A program made the translations under genes and the position numbers. The notes beneath the pieces were generated by a model. The model saw nothing but the letters and a program-made list of their open reading frames with translations, did no database searches and was not told the origin of the DNA. From the IMG/VR virus record IMGVR_UViG_3300028048_003161: 64,000 nucleotides of DNA; one strand, given 5' to 3'. Of this stretch, positions 21,091-30,684 are shown piece by piece (the first letter of the stretch is position 1; each line of letters opens with the position of its first letter). Source of the DNA: a virus. Its lineage: Duplodnaviria; Caudoviricetes.

Positions 21091-21317
21091 AGAAAAGATT
21101 GATAGACAATGGTAAAGGAGTGAATACAGTGAGTAATGTAAGATACTATTTGATAATTGGACTTATATTGTTGATTATGATACTTCCAACAATTATGGTG
21201 TTCTTTAATACATCAATACACATTGATTGTTTAGTGGCACGTATTGTTTTAATTTGTTGGGCAGCTTTTATTATTCTTCTTGTTTTACCTGATAAAAAGA
21301 ATAAGACAAATAAGTGA
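21075..21317 (+). CDS. small two-TM membrane protein
   Basis: Two hydrophobic segments; start uncertain (AAGGAG precedes GTG near 21129). Confidence 0.5.
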   Translation: MSLFIEKRLIDNGKGVNTVSNVRYYLIIGLILLIMILPTIMVFFNTSIHIDCLVARIVLICWAAFIILLVLPDKKNKTNK

Positions 21318-21361
21318 CTAGTTATTGGAAAGGTAAGCATTAAGAAAGAGAGGTAAGTACA

Positions 21362-22126
21362 GTGCATACAGACGCGGTCAAGGTATTAAAGAAATACTAC
21401 AGTGATATTGAGAAATATAAGCTGACAGGTGCCAAAGAAGGCATTATGAATTATGTGGACGAGACACGATTGGGAAAGATTGAAACACTCTTTGACATTG
21501 TGTTCAATAGTGACAACATTACAGACGAGACTAAGTTCTTTATTAAAACAGATATGTCATTAGCTGAGGTTAATAGGGAAGTAAATAGGTTGCGTACAGA
21601 AGTATCTAGGAGACTTAAGAAAAATATAAGAGAGACATCTTATAATAATACAACGACAGTTGTTAAGAGAGATTGTACTAAATTAGAGAGTGTATTGACA
21701 GATAAGTTTTTAAGGTCAATCGCTTATGATGAAGTACTTGACCAAGAGGAATATAAAGAGACATTATTAAAAATGTTAGATACTTTTGGAGAGAGAAATA
21801 ACCTTAGAAATAATTTGAATATACCTATTGATACAGACATATGTGAAAAGAGCGACAATGTTGATAGTTCAGACTTCTTTGAAATGTTAGAAAGTCTGCA
21901 GGTTTATTTGAGTAAGAGAATTGACTTAATTATTAAGGCAGTTAATGATGACAGGGACTTTGTTGGGTATTTTAACTATCTCTTGAGTAATAAAGGATTG
22001 CTTGACGAAACAGTGCAAGAGGACAGAAAGAAGTTGATTAAGTTCTTGAATAATGAACCTATCGACAGTGACGAAGATAGTGAGCATTTAGAAGAAAGTG
22101 ATAACAGCGAGGGTATAGAGGTTTAA
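21362..22126 (+). CDS. hypothetical protein, paralog of 20011
   Basis: C-terminal VGYFNYLLSN; acidic tail. Confidence 0.75.
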   Translation: MHTDAVKVLKKYYSDIEKYKLTGAKEGIMNYVDETRLGKIETLFDIVFNSDNITDETKFFIKTDMSLAEVNREVNRLRTEVSRRLKKNIRETSYNNTTTVVKRDCTKLESVLTDKFLRSIAYDEVLDQEEYKETLLKMLDTFGERNNLRNNLNIPIDTDICEKSDNVDSSDFFEMLESLQVYLSKRIDLIIKAVNDDRDFVGYFNYLLSNKGLLDETVQEDRKKLIKFLNNEPIDSDEDSEHLEESDNSEGIEV

Positions 22127-22177
22127 TTAAGAAGTACATATAATATGTACATAACAGCAACTAGTTGTTAAAAATTA

Positions 22178-22328
22178 TTGACATTTGGAAAAATGTAGTA
22201 TAAAATAGAAATAAATGGAAATAATCAAGGAGTTTGTGCAAATAGCATGAAAGGAAAGAAATAATTTTGTAGAATTTCGTAGGAATTTGCTACATTATGT
22301 TGACAAAATTTGGCAGATAGTATATAAT
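22178..22328 (+). promoter_or_regulatory. tandem sigma-A promoters for the uvrD operon
   Basis: TTGACA-17-TAAAAT (22178-22206) and TTGACA-17-TATAAT (22300-22328); palindromes GTACATA-taa-TATGTAC and CAACTAGTTG just upstream. Confidence 0.75.
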
Positions 22329-22365
22329 ATTAGGGTAGACATTTTATGGTGCAAGTTGTAGAAAG

Positions 22366-23682
22366 TTGAGGTCGTTCATGTTAAAAAAGAAGTTAAAGGA
22401 AATTTATAGTGTAGACACTATAAGTCAAAATAAAAGTTGGGAAAAAGTAGAGGAACAGTTAAAGCAGTTTGAGGGGCAGGAGATGGAATTGGATATGACA
22501 GGGGTAAATGTAATTGACCCTTGGAATTGTGATTCGTTCAAGAATATTATTAAGAATGACAATCTGTATTTGAAATTTACTAATGCAGAGGATACAGCGA
22601 ACAAGATTAAAATGATATATGTGCTTCAGGGTTTAGACCATAGACATGTAATCAACGAGGTAATTGAGACAGAAGCGGAAAAGACACCTGAAGAAATTAA
22701 GATAGAAACATTTGGAAAAGCTTTGATGCCTTATTTTAAGAAGGACGAGCAGACAGGAATTGTGACCTTTGTAGTTGCAGATAAGTTCAGTCAGTTGCAT
22801 AACACACTAACAGCGAATTATGTGAAATATGTAGTTGGAGAAATGAGCAGGGAGCAGGGAGTTACTGATTTTATCATTGATTTAGGTAAGCTAAGCATCC
22901 TTGATAATGTCATTGAGGCATTCGTTGAGGTTATTACATATTATGAAAAGTTGGGTATCACAATTGAAGTGAATACCGACATTCCTGACACACAAAAGCA
23001 ATTCAAGTTATTTTTATACAAGAGTAAAGCAAAGAATTATACAGAGGCAGAAAGATTGCAGGAGTTTAAGAAGTTGAAGCCTGGCACTGCTGGTATACTC
23101 ATTAAGTATAAAAAGAGTAGAGCACTTGATGATTTTGGTAGACATGGTAAAGGTGAGGTAGTGTCTAGTAGAATAGCAAGATTCTTGGGCATTACAAATA
23201 GTAAGCGTGGACCTATGTTTTCTGTGGAGACATATAATCAGAATACTTTCTACACACATTTGAATTGGGCACTTGAGCATGATATGGAACAGCCTACAGA
23301 ATTAAAGTCAGACAAGCTGGATATTGCATTGGAACAGATTGGTTTTGACAATAAGTTTATGGGTAGTAGCTATCATTTTCTGTTTCCTGTGCAGAGGGAT
23401 AAGTCAGAAAGCATCAATGTTATTGTGGACATTGATGAAAATGGTTATAACATCAAAAAGTTAATGACAATACCTGAAAGAATGAAAGAAGTCTTTGATG
23501 ATTGGGAGATTGAATATGATCATGAGTCATTGGACAAGTTTATTGGGCAGACAAAAGAGAAGTTAGCTCAGGCAGAAAAAGAGGAAGAGCAGGGCGAAGA
23601 TAAAGAGACACAAACAGAAATGGGACAAGTTGCATTGGACAATGAAGGACAAGCAGACTTAAATAAGAATGGACAGGTATAA
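22366..23682 (+). CDS. hypothetical protein (438 aa)
   Basis: Long ORF directly upstream of the helicase gene. Confidence 0.75.
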   Translation: MRSFMLKKKLKEIYSVDTISQNKSWEKVEEQLKQFEGQEMELDMTGVNVIDPWNCDSFKNIIKNDNLYLKFTNAEDTANKIKMIYVLQGLDHRHVINEVIETEAEKTPEEIKIETFGKALMPYFKKDEQTGIVTFVVADKFSQLHNTLTANYVKYVVGEMSREQGVTDFIIDLGKLSILDNVIEAFVEVITYYEKLGITIEVNTDIPDTQKQFKLFLYKSKAKNYTEAERLQEFKKLKPGTAGILIKYKKSRALDDFGRHGKGEVVSSRIARFLGITNSKRGPMFSVETYNQNTFYTHLNWALEHDMEQPTELKSDKLDIALEQIGFDNKFMGSSYHFLFPVQRDKSESINVIVDIDENGYNIKKLMTIPERMKEVFDDWEIEYDHESLDKFIGQTKEKLAQAEKEEEQGEDKETQTEMGQVALDNEGQADLNKNGQV

Positions 23683-23694
23683 AGGAGAATAGAT

Positions 23695-25971
23695 ATGAGT
23701 GAGTATCTGGACAAATTGGAACAAGAGTTGAGGTCAGAGGGCGTTGGGGCATCTCTGACATCTTCTAGTGCATGTGTATCTCCAAGTGACTTTGATTTAA
23801 GAACTATACTTGAGATTGAACAGATTACAGGGTTTAAGTATAGTGACGAGCAGAAAGAAATTCTTAAGTACAGAGGTAATGCTTGTATTCTTGCATGTGC
23901 AGGTAGTGGAAAGACAAGTACAACAGTACACTTGATTGCAAAGAGAATCAAGACAGGAGAGATTAAAGATGTCAACAAGTTGGTTTATGCAACTTATAGT
24001 AAAGCTGGCAAAGATGAAATGAAAGATAGACTTGACAAGTTACTCAAGCAGCTTGGAGTAAATAAGCAAGTCAAGGTTTGTACATTACACTCTTTCTTTT
24101 TGAATATATTAAGACTCTTTGGTGTTACAGCAGACATTATCAAAGATGGGGATAGACGCAGAATGATTTTAGAGTCATGTAAAGATGCAGGGTTTATTCC
24201 TAAGGATGATGAATTGATGACAGTTGATAATTTAATTTCATATCAGATTAACTGCTTGTTATCAGATAGGAAAGCCATTGAATGTCCTGTGAATACACTT
24301 GAAGATTTGACTCTTGAGCAGTATTCTGCTATTAGGGCAGGGTATACTAATAGGAAAACAGCAGCTAAGTTAATTGATTATGATGATATGCAAACTTATC
24401 TCTACTTGTGGGTGGTCAAGTTTGCAAAAAGTCCTAACCCTCAACAAAGTGAGACAGCACGTCAGATTAGACAGTATTGTCAGGCAATGTGGCATGACTT
24501 CTACATTGATGAGGCTCAGGACGTCAGTAAGATTCAATTTGCTATACTTAAGGGATTGATTACTAATCCTGAAGAACCTAATAAGTTGGTTGTGAATTTG
24601 ACACTGATTGGTGATGATGATCAGTGTATTTATGCATGGAGAGGTAGTGACCCGAGTATTATTTTAACAGCAGCACCTATGTTCAATATGAGAAACTTTG
24701 TGTTAAGTACAAACTACAGGTGTAAGAGTGAGATTGTCAATTATGCAGCTACAGGCATTGTGTTTAATGACAAGAGGTTTAATAAGGGGATGTCAGCTCA
24801 TGAAGAGGGTGGACAGGTCAAAATTGCAGTATCACGTAGAAAAGATTTGTGTTCATTAAGTATTGTAGGGCTTAACCAGATTAAGAAATGGATTGAGCAG
24901 GGAGATAAAGAATCAGACATTGCAGTACTGGTAAGAAATAACTTTCAAGCATCTATTTTGAGTAATATGTTGCTTAGGGAAGGAATATATTGTGCATGTA
25001 CAGAGGAATCTAAACTTACAAAGAGTAGTATGTATGCAGATATTAAGATGCTGATTGAAATGTGCGAGCCTTGTTGGAAAACAGCAGTATTGAGCAATAT
25101 GCTTTGGAAAATGTGTAAGTACATGAATACTGGTACAGCTAGGGCAATTGCTAACTTTCAGGATTCAAGTGCATTGAGCATTAAAGATGCTCTTGGTTGG
25201 CTAATTAAAGAGTTTATTGACACTTCAATTCAGTTTAATGCAAAGGTCACAGTTAGCCTGCAGTCAAAAGAGAAAATGAGATACTACATTAACAGAATGA
25301 TGAATGACACTAAGGCTGATATGATTGCATTATACAATGCATTATGCTGTGAGGATAAGGCACAGTGTTTAAGAACCTTAACTACATTCTATTTAACTTC
25401 AACAGGTTTCTTGTACAAAACAGAGGATAAACAGAGGTCAATAACTGGACTAGTTGTGTATATTAACAACCTTGTGAAAAAAGATGGGTTTGATAACATG
25501 AAAGACTTCTTGAGAGTGACCGAGCAGTATGAATCAGGTAGAATGGGTATTATTGGAGATAAATTGACCATTTCAACAATTCACAGTGCAAAGGGTAGAG
25601 AGTGGAAAGACGTGATCATGCTTGCATGTGATAATGTGAGTCAACCATCATTTGATGGAATAGTCAAGATGATAGATGACGGTGTACCTGTTGCTGATAT
25701 ATGTGACAGATTGGATGAGGATAGACGTCTGTTCTATGTAGGTAATACAAGAGCAAAAGAAAACCTGCTTATTGTTACTTATGTAGAGCCTAGTGTATTT
25801 ATTCTTGAAGCATTAGGTTTATTCAAGGCAAAAGATGGATTTTCAAACAACAGTAAAATTGTTGAATTAGCAAGTGCAGGAGAGGGGCTTGGACCTTTCA
25901 AGGGTGTTGCCGACGACCTGTTATTAAAGAAAGACAGTAAGTATTTTTATGAGATAGACTGGCAGAAATAG
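23695..25971 (+). CDS. SF1 ATP-dependent DNA helicase, UvrD/PcrA family
   Basis: ACAGSGKT, IDEAQD, IGDDDQCIYAWRG, NYRC, AVLVRNN, STIHSAKGREW, RRLFYVGNTRAK. Confidence 0.95.
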   Translation: MSEYLDKLEQELRSEGVGASLTSSSACVSPSDFDLRTILEIEQITGFKYSDEQKEILKYRGNACILACAGSGKTSTTVHLIAKRIKTGEIKDVNKLVYATYSKAGKDEMKDRLDKLLKQLGVNKQVKVCTLHSFFLNILRLFGVTADIIKDGDRRRMILESCKDAGFIPKDDELMTVDNLISYQINCLLSDRKAIECPVNTLEDLTLEQYSAIRAGYTNRKTAAKLIDYDDMQTYLYLWVVKFAKSPNPQQSETARQIRQYCQAMWHDFYIDEAQDVSKIQFAILKGLITNPEEPNKLVVNLTLIGDDDQCIYAWRGSDPSIILTAAPMFNMRNFVLSTNYRCKSEIVNYAATGIVFNDKRFNKGMSAHEEGGQVKIAVSRRKDLCSLSIVGLNQIKKWIEQGDKESDIAVLVRNNFQASILSNMLLREGIYCACTEESKLTKSSMYADIKMLIEMCEPCWKTAVLSNMLWKMCKYMNTGTARAIANFQDSSALSIKDALGWLIKEFIDTSIQFNAKVTVSLQSKEKMRYYINRMMNDTKADMIALYNALCCEDKAQCLRTLTTFYLTSTGFLYKTEDKQRSITGLVVYINNLVKKDGFDNMKDFLRVTEQYESGRMGIIGDKLTISTIHSAKGREWKDVIMLACDNVSQPSFDGIVKMIDDGVPVADICDRLDEDRRLFYVGNTRAKENLLIVTYVEPSVFILEALGLFKAKDGFSNNSKIVELASAGEGLGPFKGVADDLLLKKDSKYFYEIDWQK

Positions 25972-25985
25972 AAAGGGCATTTAGG

Positions 25986-26441
25986 GTGAGTACAGAGTTT
26001 ATAAAAGAACTAGTAAGGTCTGTATCAAGTTGGATTGCACTCGTTGCAATTGTGGTTTTAAGTTTAATTGTTATAATTGGCACTGATTATTTTGCAATAA
26101 GACATGTAATCACTGAAAGCATGGAACCTGCAATTGAGAAAGACAGTATAGTTGTGATTAAGAAATGCGATATTGACAGTATAAAAGAGAATAACATTAT
26201 TTGTTTTAAGTATGGAGATAATGACATTATTCATCGAGTGATGAGCATTGACAAAAATAAAGAGATACAGACAAAAGGGGATAATAACAAAAGAAATGAT
26301 GATATTTTGGTATCATCTGATATGCTAGTTGGTGTAGTTATATGGCATGCCAAAATAAGTGATATAACAAGGGTAATACTTGGGGCAATCTTTGTAGTAT
26401 TTATACTTGCAGTAAGTTTTATAAATGGAGGTAAAAAATAA
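25986..26441 (+). CDS. signal peptidase I, SipW/ER-type (S26B)
   Basis: N-terminal TM, SMEP catalytic Ser, IIHRV, TKGDNN..D, C-terminal TM. Confidence 0.9.
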   Translation: MSTEFIKELVRSVSSWIALVAIVVLSLIVIIGTDYFAIRHVITESMEPAIEKDSIVVIKKCDIDSIKENNIICFKYGDNDIIHRVMSIDKNKEIQTKGDNNKRNDDILVSSDMLVGVVIWHAKISDITRVILGAIFVVFILAVSFINGGKK

Positions 26442-26916
26442 AATGAAAGAGCATAGTAGTGGTGGAACAGCATTCAAAGTAAAGTTGTTCATTGGAGTAA
26501 TGTGTGTAATGCTTGTACTATTAGTTGTTTGTACCTTTAGTCTTATGTATGACCGTCATACAAATGTAGAGGTATTCAATAATGATGGAATGGCTTGCAT
26601 TAAATTGAATAGGACTAAACAGGTATGCAAATTACTTGACAAAGATGGAAAGTATTTGACATACAAAGAGTATAAGGATGACCAGAATAAGAATAAGACA
26701 AAGCATGAGTTTGAGATCAATAAAGCCAATAATTTGGTAGTAGTCACAGATACAGCAACAGGAAATACATATATTAGCTTTGATAAAAGTAAAAAGCACA
26801 TTAAGTCAAGTGGAAACATTGCTGTAATGTATGATGGCAATGAGAAAGATGTATTTGACAGTACAAATAAAGTAGAAGATACAGAGACAAAGGTAGAGGA
26901 TGCAGAGAGGAAATAG
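26425..26916 (+). CDS. membrane-anchored hypothetical protein
   Basis: Single N-terminal TM; overlaps neighbouring genes in an operon. Confidence 0.65.
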   Translation: MEVKNKMKEHSSGGTAFKVKLFIGVMCVMLVLLVVCTFSLMYDRHTNVEVFNNDGMACIKLNRTKQVCKLLDKDGKYLTYKEYKDDQNKNKTKHEFEINKANNLVVVTDTATGNTYISFDKSKKHIKSSGNIAVMYDGNEKDVFDSTNKVEDTETKVEDAERK

Positions 26917-27370
26917 CATGGAAAAAGAAAATGAAAAGGAACTTGAGTTAATTACACTCAAAATAAATGGTGTTACATTTGGAATCGACTCTGATTATGT
27001 GGTGTCTATTGATAAGGAATTATTAAGTGAAGATATTCCAAGTGATAGTGCATTGGTAGAAAGAATGGTTGCATTCAGAGGTCAAATTATACCTCAAGTA
27101 AGCCTTGGCAAGATTTTGTTCGGACTTACATCAGCAGAAAATGACAAGTGTGTTGATATAGTTTGTACAGTGAATGGAAACATGGTTGCCTTAAGAACAG
27201 AGAGTGTTGACAGTATTATTAAAAGTGATACTTCAAAGATTATTGAGAGAGGTCCAATACTTAGTTCACATGCTCATGAAGTAAGTGGCTTCTTGCAGGA
27301 GAAAGACAAGACAATCGTTGAAATTCTTGATATTGAACAGGTGGTTAAGGAACTTGGACATGAGGGATAA
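26900..27370 (+). CDS. CheW-like domain protein
   Basis: FGIDSDYVVSI, FRGQIIPQVSL, VALRTESVDSI, ILDIEQV match the CheW fold pattern. Confidence 0.8.
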   Translation: MQRGNSMEKENEKELELITLKINGVTFGIDSDYVVSIDKELLSEDIPSDSALVERMVAFRGQIIPQVSLGKILFGLTSAENDKCVDIVCTVNGNMVALRTESVDSIIKSDTSKIIERGPILSSHAHEVSGFLQEKDKTIVEILDIEQVVKELGHEG

Positions 27371-27536
27371 GAAACAGCATACAAGCAAGAAAAACAAGTG
27401 CAGTGAGGATATTGAGGGCTGCACTTGTTTAGATTGTTTAAGAATAAGAAAATATGAAAGACCTAGGTTTGACGACCTTGAGCAATTTGACAATCTTGAT
27501 ATATTTAAGAAAGACAACATCTTATTTAAGAAGTAA
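27360..27536 (+). CDS. small Cys-containing hypothetical protein
   Basis: ATG overlaps the end of cheW; C-x6-CxCxxC. Confidence 0.4.
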   Translation: MRDKKQHTSKKNKCSEDIEGCTCLDCLRIRKYERPRFDDLEQFDNLDIFKKDNILFKK

Positions 27537-27564
27537 AACAGGGGGTAATAGGAGGACAGATAGA

Positions 27565-28026
27565 GTGGAAAAAGCAAAGGTAGTTGAAGGAGACATTGGT
27601 TTAGACTATGATCAGGTGTTTAATGACCTGAGACATAAGTTAAGAGTACATAACAGAGACAAATGTACATGGTTGAAAGAAAATTCACCTGTAAATTCAA
27701 ATGGGGACAAGAGAATTAACTTCATATACCATAATGGGAAAGATAATGCAGTTCTTGGCGGTTTGTTTGGTCATATGGAGTATAATTGGATTCACTTAGA
27801 GCAGTTGTATGTAGATGAAGGGTATAGAGGTCAGGACATTGGTACAGAACTTATGAAAAGTGCAGAGACATATGCAAAAGAGAAAGGTGCAACAGGTATT
27901 GTATTTGAGACATGGAGTTTTCAGGCAAAACCTTTCTATGAGAAGCTTGGGTATGAGGTCTTTGCAGAGTTAAAGGATTGTCCTCCTGGAACAGTAATGT
28001 ACCTGTTGAGAAAAGAACTTGCATAA
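27565..28026 (+). CDS. GNAT family acetyltransferase
   Basis: LYVDEGYRGQDIG (motif A), SFQAKPFYEKLGY; GGAGG RBS before GTG 27565. Confidence 0.9.
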   Translation: MEKAKVVEGDIGLDYDQVFNDLRHKLRVHNRDKCTWLKENSPVNSNGDKRINFIYHNGKDNAVLGGLFGHMEYNWIHLEQLYVDEGYRGQDIGTELMKSAETYAKEKGATGIVFETWSFQAKPFYEKLGYEVFAELKDCPPGTVMYLLRKELA

Positions 28027-28052
28027 AAATAGGATAGGAGGACACTGAATAA

Positions 28053-29018
28053 ATGGAAGATGTACTTAATATTGTAAAGACAGATCTTGGTGTTTATTTG
28101 TTAGATATAATGGAAAAGAATGAATGTACAGAGAAAAGTTTAGCAAAGAACATTGAAGCATTTTTACAGAAAGATAAAGTAAAGGCATACAGTGACAGGA
28201 CAGACATTGGGGCATTTGTAAATGCATTTCTATATAAAGTGCATTGCACTATCAACAATGAGAATGTACAGCAGGCAGTTGTGGATTCAGTTGTGGATAT
28301 GGACTTGGTTGAGAAATTAAAAAGCATGAAAGTAAGAGTTGGACATAACTTGCATTTGGATAATACACATGATATGGTAAAAGAAATCATGGTTATTAAA
28401 GATGATCAGACAGTTTCTGAATACAAGGCATATGATAACCTTATTTTAATGGGAATACCCAGTGAACACTTGAATGAGCAGTGGGAACTTGATATGGAGT
28501 ATTCTGCAATTAAAGCAGGACTTGAGTTAAGAAATGTGATTTACAAATACATGTTCAACGTAAGAATAAGATACGGTACAGAGGTAAATGATAAAGAAAG
28601 CATTCTTGGTCAGGTGTTTAACAGTGACAAATACAAGATTACACAGCCAATGACATTTGAGGGCATGGCAAGTATTCCTGATTGGGTTTATTTCAACATG
28701 GATACTCATTTACCAGATACAAAGAAAAGCAAGAGCATTTCCAAAGCAAGTTTTGTATATGAACTTGCATCTAAATTCAAACTGTATGCGATTGGAGACA
28801 ATTTAGTACCAGAGGATGTATTGGAGAGTGACATTGAATTTGAAAGGGCACTTGCTGAATGTTCAGATAACATCACAGTTAATACATTCTACAAAATTCT
28901 TGAGAATAATGTGTTTAAGGGGTATGACACCTTGTTAAGTATTAGTGACAAGATTGGTGCAAAGTCTAACATCAAATTAAAGAAATTTCAGCAAGAATTA
29001 AGGCTTAGGCAGGATTAA
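28053..29018 (+). CDS. hypothetical protein
   Basis: 321-aa ORF with AGGAGG RBS. Confidence 0.75.
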   Translation: MEDVLNIVKTDLGVYLLDIMEKNECTEKSLAKNIEAFLQKDKVKAYSDRTDIGAFVNAFLYKVHCTINNENVQQAVVDSVVDMDLVEKLKSMKVRVGHNLHLDNTHDMVKEIMVIKDDQTVSEYKAYDNLILMGIPSEHLNEQWELDMEYSAIKAGLELRNVIYKYMFNVRIRYGTEVNDKESILGQVFNSDKYKITQPMTFEGMASIPDWVYFNMDTHLPDTKKSKSISKASFVYELASKFKLYAIGDNLVPEDVLESDIEFERALAECSDNITVNTFYKILENNVFKGYDTLLSISDKIGAKSNIKLKKFQQELRLRQD

Positions 29019-29130
29019 AAATAGAGTATACATTTATATCTACTGTTGTAACCTGTCCAAGTACACTTGATATAAGAAAAGATATATTTATTAAAATTAT
29101 TTTGGGCTGGTTATTACAGATGGAGGAAGC

Positions 29131-30588
29131 ATGGAAGCAGTTAGATTGTACAGATTATCAGGAATAGAGACCTTAAGAGAAAGATTTAGGGCAGTAAGAG
29201 TAATTACAAATACATATGGAGCGCCTCTTTCAGACGAGGATATTACATTGTGGCTAGTTAATCTTTTTACAGGTGCAAGTGGTTTCACAGTGGACATTTG
29301 GAATAAACTCAACATCAATGGTTTAACTGAAGAAAGCTTCACTAATGATATAAATGTTGGTACTAGAATATCAGGTGGCATATATTTTTATAATATGTTA
29401 CAGGATAAAATTAGTAATAAGGAGATAAACTCAACAGAGGACTTTAGGGAGTTTGTCACTTACTTTAAGAATGATGTACTAACCGAATTGGAGTCTAAAG
29501 CACTTCTTGACCAGTTCATACTTGATAGATATAGTATTGAGCAGATTAGTCAGGAGGTACCTACAGTGGATTTAGATTCGCAAGTATATGTTCATTATCC
29601 TTATGATAGTGAGACAGATGTCTTGGCAGTTTATGACCTGGACTCTGGAGTAATTGTTAAGACCATTAAGGGTTCAGAGCATGAGACTGTTATTGAGGAA
29701 GATCAGACAGCTGAATCAGTGATGAGTCAGAAGCAATTAGAGGATATGGAGCATCAGGCAAAGAAAGAGACAGAGGAATTGCAGGAACTAATGAAGAGGG
29801 ATAAAGCAGTGGACAGTGAAAATAAGACAGAGAGCAATGAAAATAAAGTTGAATCAGTAGCTCATTTTGGACCTACAGTCAAAAAGGAAGATAGGAAAAA
29901 GTTTGATTTTAGTACTGCACAGGAATTAGTATTGTATGACAAGCAGTTGAAAAGTAAGTACATAGAAATTTATATTATTGGAGCTAAGAAATATGAAGTA
30001 CTTGGTACAGGTAAAGTGTATGAGACAGGCAGAGTGTTTGTATACAATGACCTTGGTAGTGGTACATGGCATAGTAATTTAAGTTCAGCATATACAGAAT
30101 TATGTAATCAGAAGCTGGGTGAATTTGCATCTTATAATTATTTCAAGTATACTTGTGATATAGAGGGTCAACCAGTGGATAACTATAGAGTCAATGAGAG
30201 TTACAAGCGACTTCGTGTTAGGGACGCAATTCAAAATTATTGCCTCTTTAGGGTTGATTTTACACCTATAGCTAAGGGTTTAGGCACCATTGAATTAAGG
30301 TCTGATGAACTTAACAAGTATGTTAAGATAAAAGATATAGACAGTGATCGTTGTACATATGAAAATGACTACAACTATGACAGTGGTTGGTATACATTGT
30401 ATTATATCATTGAAAAAATGTGCAAAGACATGAAATGCGCAATCAATAAGTTTAGAGTAGAGGCAATATTAAAGACTTTCAAACCGTCAGATATGAGGTT
30501 TAGTCTTTCAGACTTAATCACAATAAAGTATGAAAAAGTGATTGATGACATAACAGAGTTTATACCTGATTATGAGTTTGAATTTTAA
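29131..30588 (+). CDS. hypothetical protein
   Basis: 485-aa ORF with GGAGG RBS; central acidic coiled linker. Confidence 0.75.
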   Translation: MEAVRLYRLSGIETLRERFRAVRVITNTYGAPLSDEDITLWLVNLFTGASGFTVDIWNKLNINGLTEESFTNDINVGTRISGGIYFYNMLQDKISNKEINSTEDFREFVTYFKNDVLTELESKALLDQFILDRYSIEQISQEVPTVDLDSQVYVHYPYDSETDVLAVYDLDSGVIVKTIKGSEHETVIEEDQTAESVMSQKQLEDMEHQAKKETEELQELMKRDKAVDSENKTESNENKVESVAHFGPTVKKEDRKKFDFSTAQELVLYDKQLKSKYIEIYIIGAKKYEVLGTGKVYETGRVFVYNDLGSGTWHSNLSSAYTELCNQKLGEFASYNYFKYTCDIEGQPVDNYRVNESYKRLRVRDAIQNYCLFRVDFTPIAKGLGTIELRSDELNKYVKIKDIDSDRCTYENDYNYDSGWYTLYYIIEKMCKDMKCAINKFRVEAILKTFKPSDMRFSLSDLITIKYEKVIDDITEFIPDYEFEF

Positions 30589-30595
30589 GAGAAAG

Positions 30596-30633
30596 TAATA
30601 GGGCATGGCAATAAAAGTCATGCCCTATTTTAT
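30596..30633 (+). terminator. Rho-independent terminator (homologous to the one at 230)
   Basis: ATAGGGCATGGC-aataaaa-GTCATGCCCTAT-TTT. Confidence 0.8.
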
Positions 30634-30684
30634 GCATATAAATATATTAAATGTATTTTAATAATTTAATTTGGAGGCTATTCA

